A DNA stretch of 37,258 bases, from IMG/VR virus record IMGVR_UViG_3300033067_000387, positions 1 through 37,258 of that record; one strand, 5' to 3'. Positions within the stretch are counted from its first letter, which is position 1. Every line of letters starts with the position of its first letter. The position numbers and the translations under genes were made by a program. The notes beneath the pieces are model-generated. The model was not told the origin of the DNA and searched no databases. It was given only the letters and a program-made list of their open reading frames with translations. Positions 26,716 through 35,870 of the stretch are shown here, one piece after another. The stretch comes from a virus (taxonomy: Duplodnaviria > Caudoviricetes).

Positions 26716-27080
26716 TAATTATCGTTCTGGACCTTCCCCCGAAGGAATTAAACCCGAATTCTCGGGCATTCTGGCGGGTGAAACGACTTGCCGTGAAATC
26801 CTACCGGGAGCACGCAAAAATTGAATCTATGGTTGCGGCAAACCGATATAACCTGTATGATTCCTTCCGTGAGGTGAAAATTCAGGCTGCGTTCTACCGT
26901 GCGAGGAATGTGCCGATGGACGGAGATAATGCACTGGCGATGCTGAAACCGGCGTTTGACGGATTGCAGGATGCCGGAATCGTGACGAACGACCGACAGA
27001 TAACGCATTTGCCTGTGTTGTTCTTTAAGGACGTCGAAAGTCCGAGAGTGGAATTGAGGATAGAGGAGTCGCGGACGTGA
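26712..27080 (+). CDS. rusA: RusA-like Holliday junction resolvase
   Basis: LPPKELNPN, DGDNALAMLKPAFDGLQDAGIVTNDRQI, PRVELRI. Confidence 0.85.
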   Translation: MIIIVLDLPPKELNPNSRAFWRVKRLAVKSYREHAKIESMVAANRYNLYDSFREVKIQAAFYRARNVPMDGDNALAMLKPAFDGLQDAGIVTNDRQITHLPVLFFKDVESPRVELRIEESRT

Positions 27081-27235
27081 ACAACCGTGACCGAAGCCGA
27101 AGGTGGAGACACGGGACGAAGATCGCGATTTCGTCAGGTAAGTACAGGCGAGCGATTCGCCGCATGTGGCGACGGATTGATTGCGGGCTGATTAACAGGC
27201 AGTGGCTTTTGATACGAAGGTGGAGCGAGACATGA
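27077..27235 (+). CDS. Small Arg/Trp-rich protein (52 aa, not in the ORF track)
   Basis: Hand translation MNNRDRSRRWRHGTKIAISSGKYRRAIRRMWRRIDCGLINRQWLLIRRWSET. GTGA and ATGA overlaps. Confidence 0.55.
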   Translation: MNNRDRSRRWRHGTKIAISSGKYRRAIRRMWRRIDCGLINRQWLLIRRWSET

Positions 27236-27534
27236 ATCTTGAAGAGCGGATTGAGGCGGCGTGGAAAGAACATTGCTCCGTGAGGTATTACGCAACGGAG
27301 CGGGAGACCGACGACGCGGAAGATGAATTCAAATCAGGCTACCGAGCGGCGATGCGGTCGCTGTATGTGGAAATTGGTCCCGAGTATGTGCTCGGTGGCG
27401 TGGATTACTGGGCAGTGGTGGACGGCCAGTGGCAGCCGGTGTGGTGGTTCTCTGACGAATACGCTCGAAAACAGGCGGGAGACTGCGAGGCTATCGTAGA
27501 GTCAGACATCCCCACCCCCACAGAGATTTTCTGA
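27232..27534 (+). CDS. Hypothetical protein
   Basis: GGAG SD, ATG at 27232. Confidence 0.65.
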   Translation: MNLEERIEAAWKEHCSVRYYATERETDDAEDEFKSGYRAAMRSLYVEIGPEYVLGGVDYWAVVDGQWQPVWWFSDEYARKQAGDCEAIVESDIPTPTEIF

Positions 27535-27560
27535 AACCAAATTAGCTCAAAGGAAACAAA

Positions 27561-27899
27561 ATGAACGCGGGTGAACTGGCGGACAGGCTGGAATACTGGA
27601 GAGAGCGGGTGTGTGACTCACAGGACATAGACAATGACAGATTGTCAATGAGCGGCTTTGCGAACATCGCATTCAATAACACTCGGGAGATTCTCAAGTG
27701 CCTCCGTTTCGCTGCGGACATGGAGAGGCTGGAATCCTGCTGCGAGAACATTCGTATCCACCGGAACGGAGGAGGTTGGTACGTCGATGCGGATCGACTA
27801 GATGAGGCAAACATTCATAGCGTGGGGAATCACCGAACTATTGACGAAGCGGTTGCGGAGTCCGCACGCAATGCGGTCGAGACATTGGAGGGGAAATGA
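27561..27899 (+). CDS. Hypothetical protein
   Basis: AAGGA SD; coupled to the next gene. Confidence 0.65.
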   Translation: MNAGELADRLEYWRERVCDSQDIDNDRLSMSGFANIAFNNTREILKCLRFAADMERLESCCENIRIHRNGGGWYVDADRLDEANIHSVGNHRTIDEAVAESARNAVETLEGK

Positions 27900-28132
27900 T
27901 GAAATTCAGAGTAACGATGAAAGATCCGGACGGAGTTTACGATGCTGTTATGGAAGCCGCACAGAGATCAGTCGCGGGGATGAAACTTGACGAAGATGAA
28001 CGGGAGCAGATTGAGGAATCCCGGCGAGAGAAAATCGGAGAACAATTACAGAAGTGGTTCGAGTACGGCGAGTACCTCGAAATCGACATTGACCTTGATG
28101 CCGGTACGGCAACAGTTGTGGAGCAGAAGTGA
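27896..28132 (+). CDS. Hypothetical protein (acidic)
   Basis: Coupled on both sides; FRVTMKDPDGV...KWFEYGEYLEI. Confidence 0.7.
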   Translation: MMKFRVTMKDPDGVYDAVMEAAQRSVAGMKLDEDEREQIEESRREKIGEQLQKWFEYGEYLEIDIDLDAGTATVVEQK

Positions 28133-28329
28133 TGAGTGACGACATAATCAAAAAGCTGAAGGCCAGAATCCTCGACGTGGAAGACGCCCATCGTCTGGCG
28201 ACGCATCTTCTGAACGACCGACTTGCGAATCTCGGGCAAGTCGTTTGGGATCATAGGGACGAAATCATTGCAGCGTTGGAAAATCAGCAGGCACAGAAGG
28301 AGTCTCATGTCGTTAATCATTTGTCCTGA
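28132..28329 (+). CDS. Hypothetical protein
   Basis: TGATG coupling. Confidence 0.6.
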   Translation: MSDDIIKKLKARILDVEDAHRLATHLLNDRLANLGQVVWDHRDEIIAALENQQAQKESHVVNHLS

Positions 28330-28383
28330 GTGCCGACATTTGTATGTGCGGACGTGAGTTTCAAATTGAGGAGGAAAGTGAAG

Positions 28384-28890
28384 ATGTTGACGAATGAACG
28401 ACTGGAAGAGATCAGAGGAAGTGCGATTGCCCTAAAATCAATGACGGAATCGGAGCAAACTCAGATCATCGACGAACTACTCGCCCTCCGTTCCCTGCGA
28501 GATGCGGTGGATGAGGAGGTGGATACGGACGGTCTGAGAGAGTGCTTGGAGCAGAGGAAAACCCTCTATGTGATTGCAAGGGACTTTGCGAAATCAACAG
28601 AGACAAGAAACGCCGCAAAGGATGTTGTTGATTTAGTCGATGTATGCGAGAAACTACATCGCATCGCAATCGCCCGAGGCCAGAAACTCCGGGAGGCGAG
28701 AGAGGAGATTGAGAGGCTGAAGAGAGAGACCGAAACTCTCAAAGGTTATTTCCATAAATCGGCGTTTGAAACGGCTGACGGATACCAAGTCGTTATTAAC
28801 AGAAAAGGTAACGACCAATTAGCAAATCTTCAGCACGAAGACGGTGACGGCGGGTATTACGACTTGCTTCCGGGAGGACTGGATCAATGA
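28384..28890 (+). CDS. Hypothetical coiled-coil protein
   Basis: GAGGAGG SD; MLTNERLEEI start. Confidence 0.65.
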   Translation: MLTNERLEEIRGSAIALKSMTESEQTQIIDELLALRSLRDAVDEEVDTDGLRECLEQRKTLYVIARDFAKSTETRNAAKDVVDLVDVCEKLHRIAIARGQKLREAREEIERLKRETETLKGYFHKSAFETADGYQVVINRKGNDQLANLQHEDGDGGYYDLLPGGLDQ

Positions 28891-29477
28891 ACAACGATCA
28901 AATTCAAGACGCGATTGAAGATGTGAAAACTTGGATCGGCAGAAGTCCAGCATCCATTGATGAGCGTTATTATGAGAAAGAGGCACTAAGGTCGTTTGAC
29001 AGTCTGGCTGAGTATGTCGCCACTCTCACCGAAGAAAACAAACAACTCCACGACGAAGCGGAAGTCTCCGATTCGCTGGTTCTGACTCTTCAGGAAGAGG
29101 TGAAGACACTCACCGCCGAGAGGGATGAGGCTCGGAAGCTGCTTTCCGAACTTCACTCGGCTCCGGAGATGAAGGAAGTTGATGCGTTGGGGACGGCCTT
29201 ACTGGATGTAATTCAGACAATTTCGAACAGGTATGGAATTGGAGTCGCAGGGGTCAACGCGACCCGTAGAGCAAAGGACGTAATTGCCATCGCCCGACGA
29301 GCAATCGTATCTCGGGAAGCGGAAAAGCAACGAGCCGAGGAAGCGGTCGGGCTGCTGAAGTGGTGGGTTTCATTCAAGGACGGATTCGGGCAACTTGAAG
29401 GAATGTCTGCTGGATCTGCTGTCGAGGAGTGGAAAGACAACGCTCGTCGCATTCTCGAAATCGTGGAGGGGAAGTAA
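28887..29477 (+). CDS. Hypothetical coiled-coil protein
   Basis: LTAERDEAR motif typical of small phage accessory proteins; coupled. Confidence 0.65.
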   Translation: MNNDQIQDAIEDVKTWIGRSPASIDERYYEKEALRSFDSLAEYVATLTEENKQLHDEAEVSDSLVLTLQEEVKTLTAERDEARKLLSELHSAPEMKEVDALGTALLDVIQTISNRYGIGVAGVNATRRAKDVIAIARRAIVSREAEKQRAEEAVGLLKWWVSFKDGFGQLEGMSAGSAVEEWKDNARRILEIVEGK

Positions 29478-29743
29478 TGACCGATGAAATCTGGTGGGTA
29501 AGCCGTGACAACAGAAGTCAGGGGCCATCTGGAGATGCCGAAGATGGGTTCGTGTGTTCTGTATCAATCTATAAGCACAAGCCCGAGTTCATACGGATTA
29601 AAGGAGAGTGGTTCTCCGTTGGTGGGGGGTTCCTTGACACGATGCACGTCGATAAATTCAAACTGTACAGTGGGATTGATGTTCAGCCCGGAGAGATCAT
29701 CGCCATTCGGCCATTGAGAATTGAGAGAGTGGAGGAGAAGTAA
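29477..29743 (+). CDS. Hypothetical protein
   Basis: TAATG coupling at both ends. Confidence 0.65.
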   Translation: MTDEIWWVSRDNRSQGPSGDAEDGFVCSVSIYKHKPEFIRIKGEWFSVGGGFLDTMHVDKFKLYSGIDVQPGEIIAIRPLRIERVEEK

Positions 29744-30042
29744 TGAAATGGCATGTAGTTAGGAGGGATCGTTCGCAAGTCCGGCTGGAGCTAATCGATG
29801 ACGCCAGAATCTGCGGACGGCCATATATCAGCCTCGCTGGTAGCATCGCAAATGGGTATGAGTGGTACAGTAATGCCGCAGTCATGGGACTCGGTGGATT
29901 TGGCGGCGAATTCAAGGATCAATCACAGGACGCAGCCATCGAGACAGCGATAGGTCAGTGGAAGCTGCGATTGCGAGAGGTTGTTGATGTATTCCTTAGT
30001 TCCGACTTCACTGAGTCGGTAGAGAAGTTGGATGGGAAGTGA
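29743..30042 (+). CDS. Hypothetical protein
   Basis: TAATG coupling. Confidence 0.65.
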   Translation: MKWHVVRRDRSQVRLELIDDARICGRPYISLAGSIANGYEWYSNAAVMGLGGFGGEFKDQSQDAAIETAIGQWKLRLREVVDVFLSSDFTESVEKLDGK

Positions 30043-30314
30043 TGGCGGACTTCGGAATGATTGAATCATTTGAGATCGACGACGATTCACTTAAGGGTCT
30101 GTGCCCGAAAGAATGCTTCACGCTCGGCGTGGAGTGGCAGATGTTCCTTGAGCGAATCAAATCTGGGGAGGTAGGTTTATTCATTGTTCATGCGGTCAAC
30201 GCACCACGAATCCAAAGCATGGGAGAGCGTCACGGCATCTTCTGTGAGTGGCATCCGACGCTGGATATTTGGGCAGAGATTATTCTTGGAGGAAAAAGGG
30301 GCCAACAATGCTGA
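30042..30314 (+). CDS. Hypothetical protein
   Basis: TGATG coupling. Confidence 0.6.
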   Translation: MADFGMIESFEIDDDSLKGLCPKECFTLGVEWQMFLERIKSGEVGLFIVHAVNAPRIQSMGERHGIFCEWHPTLDIWAEIILGGKRGQQC

Positions 30315-30466
30315 CTGACTTCATTTCATGGGTCTTCTGGAAGATGAAGTGGGGATGGGTGTTAGTTTACTTCCACGTCCTTGATAACAATCTGCTGCAT
30401 GAAGTCTGGATCAACGAGACGACGGGACAGAGAAGGGAAAGGTGTGTTCGATGGGTACAACGCTGA
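30308..30466 (+). CDS. Hypothetical Trp-rich small protein
   Basis: Overlaps both neighbours; MLTDFISWVFWKMKWGW. Confidence 0.5.
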   Translation: MLTDFISWVFWKMKWGWVLVYFHVLDNNLLHEVWINETTGQRRERCVRWVQR

Positions 30467-30642
30467 TTGACGCGAACGGCGAGGAGAGGAAGGGGATCGA
30501 GGTGCAATATCGCGTGGAATGCGGGAGGCACGGTTGGCCCGCCGTCCCCACGGAATGGGACGCGGAAATCGCGTGCGAGGAAGAGGAAGGAAGAATTCCG
30601 TTTTACGAAACAGTCCGCGACCTGATGCTTGCGGGGTTCTGA
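30451..30642 (+). CDS. Hypothetical protein
   Basis: Last ORF of the coupled array. Confidence 0.5.
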   Translation: MGTTLIDANGEERKGIEVQYRVECGRHGWPAVPTEWDAEIACEEEEGRIPFYETVRDLMLAGF

Positions 30643-30793
30643 GCCAAAAAACCTATCCGGTAGTGTACAAAAGCATAGGGGGTATGGCGGTGCCACAAAA
30701 CGCCAATTTCAAGACAGGCAAAACAGGCAATCTACACCATGCCAAGTCATCAATAAGCGAAAATTGATATTATGTTCCTAATACCTCTCGGGG

Positions 30794-30823
30794 TTGACTC
30801 GCGGTATAAGTTTTTATGATAAT
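30794..30823 (+). promoter_or_regulatory. Sigma70-like promoter for the cytochrome/membrane gene block
   Basis: TTGACT (30794-30799), 18 bp, GATAAT (30818-30823). Shares GGGTTGAC...ATGATAATC with the capsid promoter. Confidence 0.65.
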
Positions 30824-30834
30824 CCCTCGGAGTT

Positions 30835-32499
30835 ATGGCTTTGCTTGTGACACCTTCGGCGAGGAAGGTAATGAGGGGACTGGTGATGGCGTATCTGCTG
30901 GCGAGCGGTTCTGCTGTTCTGGCGGAGTCTCCGGACGACGCTGTGCGGGATGCTTGCCAGTGGGTTCAGGAGAATGGGAACACGGCTCCGGGAATTCGGT
31001 TCTTTTCCTTGTATAATCTGCCGGAATCAGCGGCAAGGCTTGGGAAAGATGGGAAATCGGAACAATACTCCCCGCATGACGAATGCGTGCAGATTCTCCT
31101 CTGGACGGTCAATCTGCTGAACCGTGTCAATCCGGCTTGCCGGATGATTCAAGTTTCCGACACTCTCTTCGCCATTCATCTCGACCAGCCGGGATGGGAG
31201 CATGGTGCATGGGAGAATCTGGCGTCGAAGAATACCTACTTTCATCCTGACTGGGTTCAGGTGGACCACTGGAGCTATCTGAGTTACGCCACTGGCTCGG
31301 CATACCCGATGGTGCGGGCTGACGAGTTCATCGCGAAGTCAACTGTGGCTCCGGCTTATTACGACTTCCTGTTTGGGGTTGGCAAGGTTCAGACTCTTGC
31401 TGAGTTCTGGAAGGCGATGGGCGTCGATGAGAACTTCCTGTACGCCTCTAATCTTGTCAATGCCGGGGTGAAATCTCAAGGTCTGACGGTGACTCGGCAC
31501 AACCGGCGACTGGAGTTCCGTCCGGGGCCGTTTGATGTCTGGACCTCTCTGGATACGTTCTCGAATCAGGGGAAACAGAATGCTCTCCGACATCTCGGGT
31601 TCCTCGACGGGAAGCAGCATCAGATGGAAATCGCCGGGCAGGAGCATATCTTCCAACTGAAGAACGGTCTCATTGGTGGCTACCTTAACGACGGTAACGG
31701 ACGACGAATTAACGAGGTTCCAATTTCTGTCGCGGCAGGAGAAGAACATTTTCCTGATCGGGTTGTCAAAGTTGGACGCTCTTGTTTTGGCTGCCATGAC
31801 AAGGGGATCAAGCCATTCGAGTCAGATCAATTCAAGCTGTTGAATCAGCAGATCGTTGAACTGTCGGCGACGGATGCGTTTGCGGCAAAGAAACTGGAGG
31901 GAGCATACGATGAGCAATCAGTACAGGACAGGATTAAGGACGGAACGAGTGCCTATGAGCGGGCGGTGTCACGCATCGCCGGGGACGATGGTGAGACAGT
32001 ATCACGTCGGTATATCTCATTGTGGAATGCCTATTCAGAAAAGCCGGTGGATGTTGCGATTGCTGCCGCAGAATGCGGACTCGATGAGGAAGATTTCGTA
32101 AAGACCATTGGAGTCTCGATTGATCCGAATCTGCTGATGCTGGTTCCGCAAGACGGACTCAAAGGGGAGATTGCTCGGGACACATGGGAAGAGACCTACC
32201 GGATTGCCATGCTCTTGAAGGGGCGACCTGAGTACGATGCTTGGGTGAAAGCTGAGGCTGCTAAACGGGCGGAGGTTCCGGAAGTGAAGACAATGCACGG
32301 CGGTGAAAACACGGTCTCGGTTCCTAATGGTCAACGGGTCGAGAAGTATGATTCCAACGCGATTAAGTCAGTTAGCGTTGGGGTGCCGAAGATGGAAGGT
32401 GAGATGCTGCGGTATCCGGTGACGATTGGCGATGGAGTCGAGTGGATTGAGTTTCAATTGAAGGGTGGGGAGAAACAGAGGTTTGAGGTGAAGCGATGA
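30835..32499 (+). CDS. Exported protein with a single CxxCH heme c motif
   Basis: Signal peptide (MRGLVMAYLLASGSAVLA; start may be 30871). GQEHIFQLKNGLIGGYLNDGNGRR...VGRSCFGCH. Confidence 0.75.
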   Translation: MALLVTPSARKVMRGLVMAYLLASGSAVLAESPDDAVRDACQWVQENGNTAPGIRFFSLYNLPESAARLGKDGKSEQYSPHDECVQILLWTVNLLNRVNPACRMIQVSDTLFAIHLDQPGWEHGAWENLASKNTYFHPDWVQVDHWSYLSYATGSAYPMVRADEFIAKSTVAPAYYDFLFGVGKVQTLAEFWKAMGVDENFLYASNLVNAGVKSQGLTVTRHNRRLEFRPGPFDVWTSLDTFSNQGKQNALRHLGFLDGKQHQMEIAGQEHIFQLKNGLIGGYLNDGNGRRINEVPISVAAGEEHFPDRVVKVGRSCFGCHDKGIKPFESDQFKLLNQQIVELSATDAFAAKKLEGAYDEQSVQDRIKDGTSAYERAVSRIAGDDGETVSRRYISLWNAYSEKPVDVAIAAAECGLDEEDFVKTIGVSIDPNLLMLVPQDGLKGEIARDTWEETYRIAMLLKGRPEYDAWVKAEAAKRAEVPEVKTMHGGENTVSVPNGQRVEKYDSNAIKSVSVGVPKMEGEMLRYPVTIGDGVEWIEFQLKGGEKQRFEVKR

Positions 32500-33080
32500 A
32501 GACGTTTGTGGTGATGATTCTGTGTTGCTCGCTGGCTGTGGCCGGTGACTGTCGGGTTCAGGTGGCCCAACAGGCTCATGTTCAGCAGCAGTTCGTGGCG
32601 GTAGGGGCCATTCCGCTGAATCAGGCGTATCTGCTGGACACCCAAGCCTATCAGTACCGCATGAATCCGACGTTTAATTCACACCAGGAATACCTGTCCA
32701 TAAAATCAAAATCGAAAGTAAAAACCAAGGTTGCAAGTTCAGAAGTTGATAACCGGGCGATTGCCTTGGAAGTTCTGAATCTAATGCGGGAGCAGGGCAT
32801 CGTGACGGATGGGCCGGTCGAATCCGCTCCTCCTGTCGTTTCTGCTGGTCCTGCTGCCGAAGTCATTGAGGCTCGGTGTGCCAAGTGCCACGGTCCCATT
32901 GATCCAAAAGGGGATCTGATTCTCGTTGATGCCAGTGGGGCGGCGTTGAAGTCGCTGCCGTGGAAGAAAATACAGGGGCGGGTGAACAGTATTGATCCCG
33001 ACCTGCGAATGCCTCCGAAGGGGTTGCCGAGCGAAGAGTTGAATCAGTTGAATCTGTTTTTGAAAGGGAAATTGAAATGA
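32496..33080 (+). CDS. Exported Planctomycete-type cytochrome c domain protein (PSCyt1-like)
   Basis: Signal peptide MKTFVVMILCCSLAVA; IEARCAKCHG; distal RMPPK (Met ligand candidate) followed by a C-terminal helix. Confidence 0.82.
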   Translation: MKTFVVMILCCSLAVAGDCRVQVAQQAHVQQQFVAVGAIPLNQAYLLDTQAYQYRMNPTFNSHQEYLSIKSKSKVKTKVASSEVDNRAIALEVLNLMREQGIVTDGPVESAPPVVSAGPAAEVIEARCAKCHGPIDPKGDLILVDASGAALKSLPWKKIQGRVNSIDPDLRMPPKGLPSEELNQLNLFLKGKLK

Positions 33081-33394
33081 AGTCTGCATTGAGTGCGTTG
33101 GGGTTGTTTGTGTTGGCGATTGCTCCGGTTCAGGCGGGTGGACATTGCAATGTTCAGGCATTGCAGGCGTTCGCTTCTCCGGTGGCTGTCCAGAGTTATG
33201 CCGTTCAAGCTGTTGCTCAACCGGTGTTCGCGGCTCCGGTTTATAGTCAGAGTTTTGCGGTTGCTCAACCGGTGTTCAGCAATGTCTGTGCTGTTCAGGC
33301 GTTTGCGTCTCCGGTTGTGCAAGTCCAACAATTCCGGGGAGCGAGGGTGCGGAATCAGCGGGTACGCTCCAAGGCCGTTACTCGGATTCGATAA
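33077..33394 (+). CDS. Secreted low-complexity Q/V/A-rich protein
   Basis: Signal peptide MKSALSALGLFVLAIAPVQA; QAFASPV x2, AVAQPVF x2; Arg-rich tail. Confidence 0.75.
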   Translation: MKSALSALGLFVLAIAPVQAGGHCNVQALQAFASPVAVQSYAVQAVAQPVFAAPVYSQSFAVAQPVFSNVCAVQAFASPVVQVQQFRGARVRNQRVRSKAVTRIR

Positions 33395-33425
33395 TCGTAA
33401 CTCTCCAGCATGAACGGGCCGAAGA

Positions 33426-33725
33426 ATGCAACGGGATGAACTGATGTCTGGGTCTAGGTTTAGCCTTTGGAAAATCGCCGATACAGTCATCAAGGTGAGC
33501 TTTCCGTTTGTCATGGGGGCCTGTGGGACAGCGTGCGGATATGTGTACTCTGAACTACAGGTCCACGACAAGCAGCTTGCCGTGATAGAGGTGTCGTACC
33601 AGACGAAGGCGGAGGCCTCTTCGGATCAGCGGGAGGTGACTCGCTCGCTGGAAGGACTGAAGGATTTAATCCATACGGTTGATACCAAGTTAAGCCGGTT
33701 AATTGGCCCGGAGGGAAATAAATGA
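33426..33725 (+). CDS. Single-TM + coiled-coil protein (holin/antiholin-like)
   Basis: Hydrophobic VSFPFVMGACGTACGYVY, then LKDLIHTVDTKLSRLI. Confidence 0.55.
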   Translation: MQRDELMSGSRFSLWKIADTVIKVSFPFVMGACGTACGYVYSELQVHDKQLAVIEVSYQTKAEASSDQREVTRSLEGLKDLIHTVDTKLSRLIGPEGNK

Positions 33726-33976
33726 CTGACACGAAAGAGAAGCCTGAGAAACCATGCAAGGGGCAAGCCGCATTCCTGTTGCTTGGCGGTGCCTTGGTAA
33801 TGGGCGGCATCTGGATCAATGAGCTACAGGACGAGCGACGGGCAACTCGGGAGATGGAGCAGTTCCAGCGATGGTACGTTTCCCTCCCTCATTGCAAGGA
33901 AGAGGCGAAGCCCGTCCCTCAACCTTGGCCAAAGAAACCGATCGGTGCTCCGGTTGGGACTGCTGTCGAGGAGTGA
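33722..33976 (+). CDS. Single-TM membrane protein
   Basis: AAFLLLGGALVMGGIWI. Confidence 0.6.
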   Translation: MTDTKEKPEKPCKGQAAFLLLGGALVMGGIWINELQDERRATREMEQFQRWYVSLPHCKEEAKPVPQPWPKKPIGAPVGTAVEE

Positions 33977-33986
33977 TACTGTCTGG

Positions 33987-34367
33987 ATGTTGGCGGGTTT
34001 CGGGCTGATCCTGTTTCTCATTCAGGCGATGGTGAAAGCGATGACTAATCCGAAGAATAAGTATGAGATTCCCCCGGTTCAGATCCCGGGATGTGAAGTG
34101 ATTGCAACCGGATCGGCTCCGGGCTGCCTGAGTATGTATGAGCGAGTCTATTCTGTCGCGAAGCATTGGGCTTGGCATGCGGCGGCGGCTGTGTTGATTT
34201 TCATCGGATTCGCTGCGGACTATATCCATGCTCATATCGGATGGGTTGACGGCAAATATGGAGCATGGGTTGCGTCGGTAGTCTTCGGCATTGTCGGGGT
34301 TATTCGAGCATTCATTACGATGCGAGCGTTGAAAGATGAGGATACGAGAGAATTCGAGGTAAAATGA
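33987..34367 (+). CDS. Multi-TM membrane protein (holin-like)
   Basis: Three hydrophobic segments and a charged C-terminus; start uncertain. Confidence 0.55.
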   Translation: MLAGFGLILFLIQAMVKAMTNPKNKYEIPPVQIPGCEVIATGSAPGCLSMYERVYSVAKHWAWHAAAAVLIFIGFAADYIHAHIGWVDGKYGAWVASVVFGIVGVIRAFITMRALKDEDTREFEVK

Positions 34368-34666
34368 TGTGGTTGCTGATTCTGAGGTGGGTGATTGTCA
34401 ATGTTCTGATCCCGGCGATTGTCGGGAGTTCTGCCACATTGCTGGCGTTGCGGAATGTGGATGATCCGGAACCGATTGAGGCGTTTGCAGCGTCTGCCGG
34501 TGGCGGGAACTTCCTGCTGTGGGTGATTGTCGTCGGGCTGGTGGTCCATGCGTTTCTCACCTCAAAGGCCCCTCAGTTCGAGGCGTTCAAGGCATGGGTC
34601 TTGAGTAAGCTGGCCGGATGGCTCTCTGCGGCTGCCGACAAGATCAAATCGGGGGTCGGTCAATGA
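34364..34666 (+). CDS. Two-TM membrane protein
   Basis: WVIVNVLIPAIVGSSATLLAL and FLLWVIVVGLVVHAFL. Confidence 0.6.
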   Translation: MMWLLILRWVIVNVLIPAIVGSSATLLALRNVDDPEPIEAFAASAGGGNFLLWVIVVGLVVHAFLTSKAPQFEAFKAWVLSKLAGWLSAAADKIKSGVGQ

Positions 34667-35088
34667 GAGTTCTACAAACTTCTAACCGGTTCTACTTTTT
34701 CTCTGCTGTCATTCTCGCTCTCTCTGGATGCCTCGGAAACACCAAGCGGGACAAGGAAGATCCGACTGGAAAGAGCATCCCTGAGATTACGAAGATCGTC
34801 CGGGATTCGGAGTATGGGCGAGATAATGCCTTGGCGTACTACTGGATCTTCAGGGTACAGGCGGAAAACATTCGCATCGGCGGTATCGAAGCGAATCAGG
34901 CGGAGCGGATTGGTCAGGCGATGGTTCAGAACTTTGGACTGAAAAAAGGTGCCGTTGATGGGTTGGCGGATGCGATTCAGAAGCAGCTGAAGCCGTGGGC
35001 TGGCGATAAGGATCTTTTGGAGTGGCCTGATGGTTACTGCAACAAACTGATGGAGATTGCCGAAAGCTTCCGGAGGGCTGCCAAGTGA
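34663..35088 (+). CDS. Putative lipoprotein
   Basis: Lipobox ILALSGC after a hydrophobic leader; ATGA coupling at 34663. Confidence 0.65.
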   Translation: MRVLQTSNRFYFFSAVILALSGCLGNTKRDKEDPTGKSIPEITKIVRDSEYGRDNALAYYWIFRVQAENIRIGGIEANQAERIGQAMVQNFGLKKGAVDGLADAIQKQLKPWAGDKDLLEWPDGYCNKLMEIAESFRRAAK

Positions 35089-35870
35089 ATGACTGGGGAC
35101 TCGGTTACCGGATTGAAGACGAAGATTCCGCCTATCTATTGGAGACATCGACGCCGATTCTGTTCTCTGCTGCCGGATCTCTCCCGGAATCTGTCTCCTT
35201 CCGAAGCAAGGGATTGAGAATAGAGAATCAGGGCCGGTTCGGTTCCTGCGTCGGTCATGGCGGATCAACCTGTCTAGAAATCTGTAATTACCTCGACACC
35301 AAGAATTGGATTCAACTCTCCCGCTGGTGGTGCTACATTGCAGCACAACGGGCGACCGGGATGAATGGTCAGGATGCCGGGGCGACGATCTCTGGCATGG
35401 CTCAGGCCGCGAAAGAACGTGGCGTCTGTCTTGAATCGACGTACGGCTACCCCTCTGTCTATATCGATAATCTCCCGGCGAATGCAGCTGCCGAAGCGAA
35501 AAAACACCGGATCAAATCCTACGCCAAGATGACTGACGTGGATGGAGTTCGCCACTTCATCGGTTCCGGGTTGGGAGCGGTCATTCTCGGGATGCCGTGG
35601 ATGTCGGTCATTGCCAACTCCACGACTGGCGAAATGAGCGAGCGGACATTTACAGGACGGAATCTAGGTGGGCATTGCCTGTGTGTCACCGGTTATCACT
35701 CTAACGGGGATCTGGAGATTGCGAATTCGCATTCGACTCAATGGGGAGATAAGGGCTGGGGCCGCATGACTGAGGGGCTGGCCCGTCGCCTAATCCAGCA
35801 GGGTGAGTGGTACGGCATGTCGGACCTCCAAGAATTCACACAACCACGGACGTTCGGAGGGATGGCCTGA
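35085..35870 (+). CDS. Papain-family (C1A-like) cysteine peptidase
   Basis: NQGRFGSCVGH (Gln, Cys), GGHCLCVTGY (His), IANSHSTQWGDKGWG (Asn); no signal peptide. Confidence 0.92.
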   Translation: MNDWGLGYRIEDEDSAYLLETSTPILFSAAGSLPESVSFRSKGLRIENQGRFGSCVGHGGSTCLEICNYLDTKNWIQLSRWWCYIAAQRATGMNGQDAGATISGMAQAAKERGVCLESTYGYPSVYIDNLPANAAAEAKKHRIKSYAKMTDVDGVRHFIGSGLGAVILGMPWMSVIANSTTGEMSERTFTGRNLGGHCLCVTGYHSNGDLEIANSHSTQWGDKGWGRMTEGLARRLIQQGEWYGMSDLQEFTQPRTFGGMA

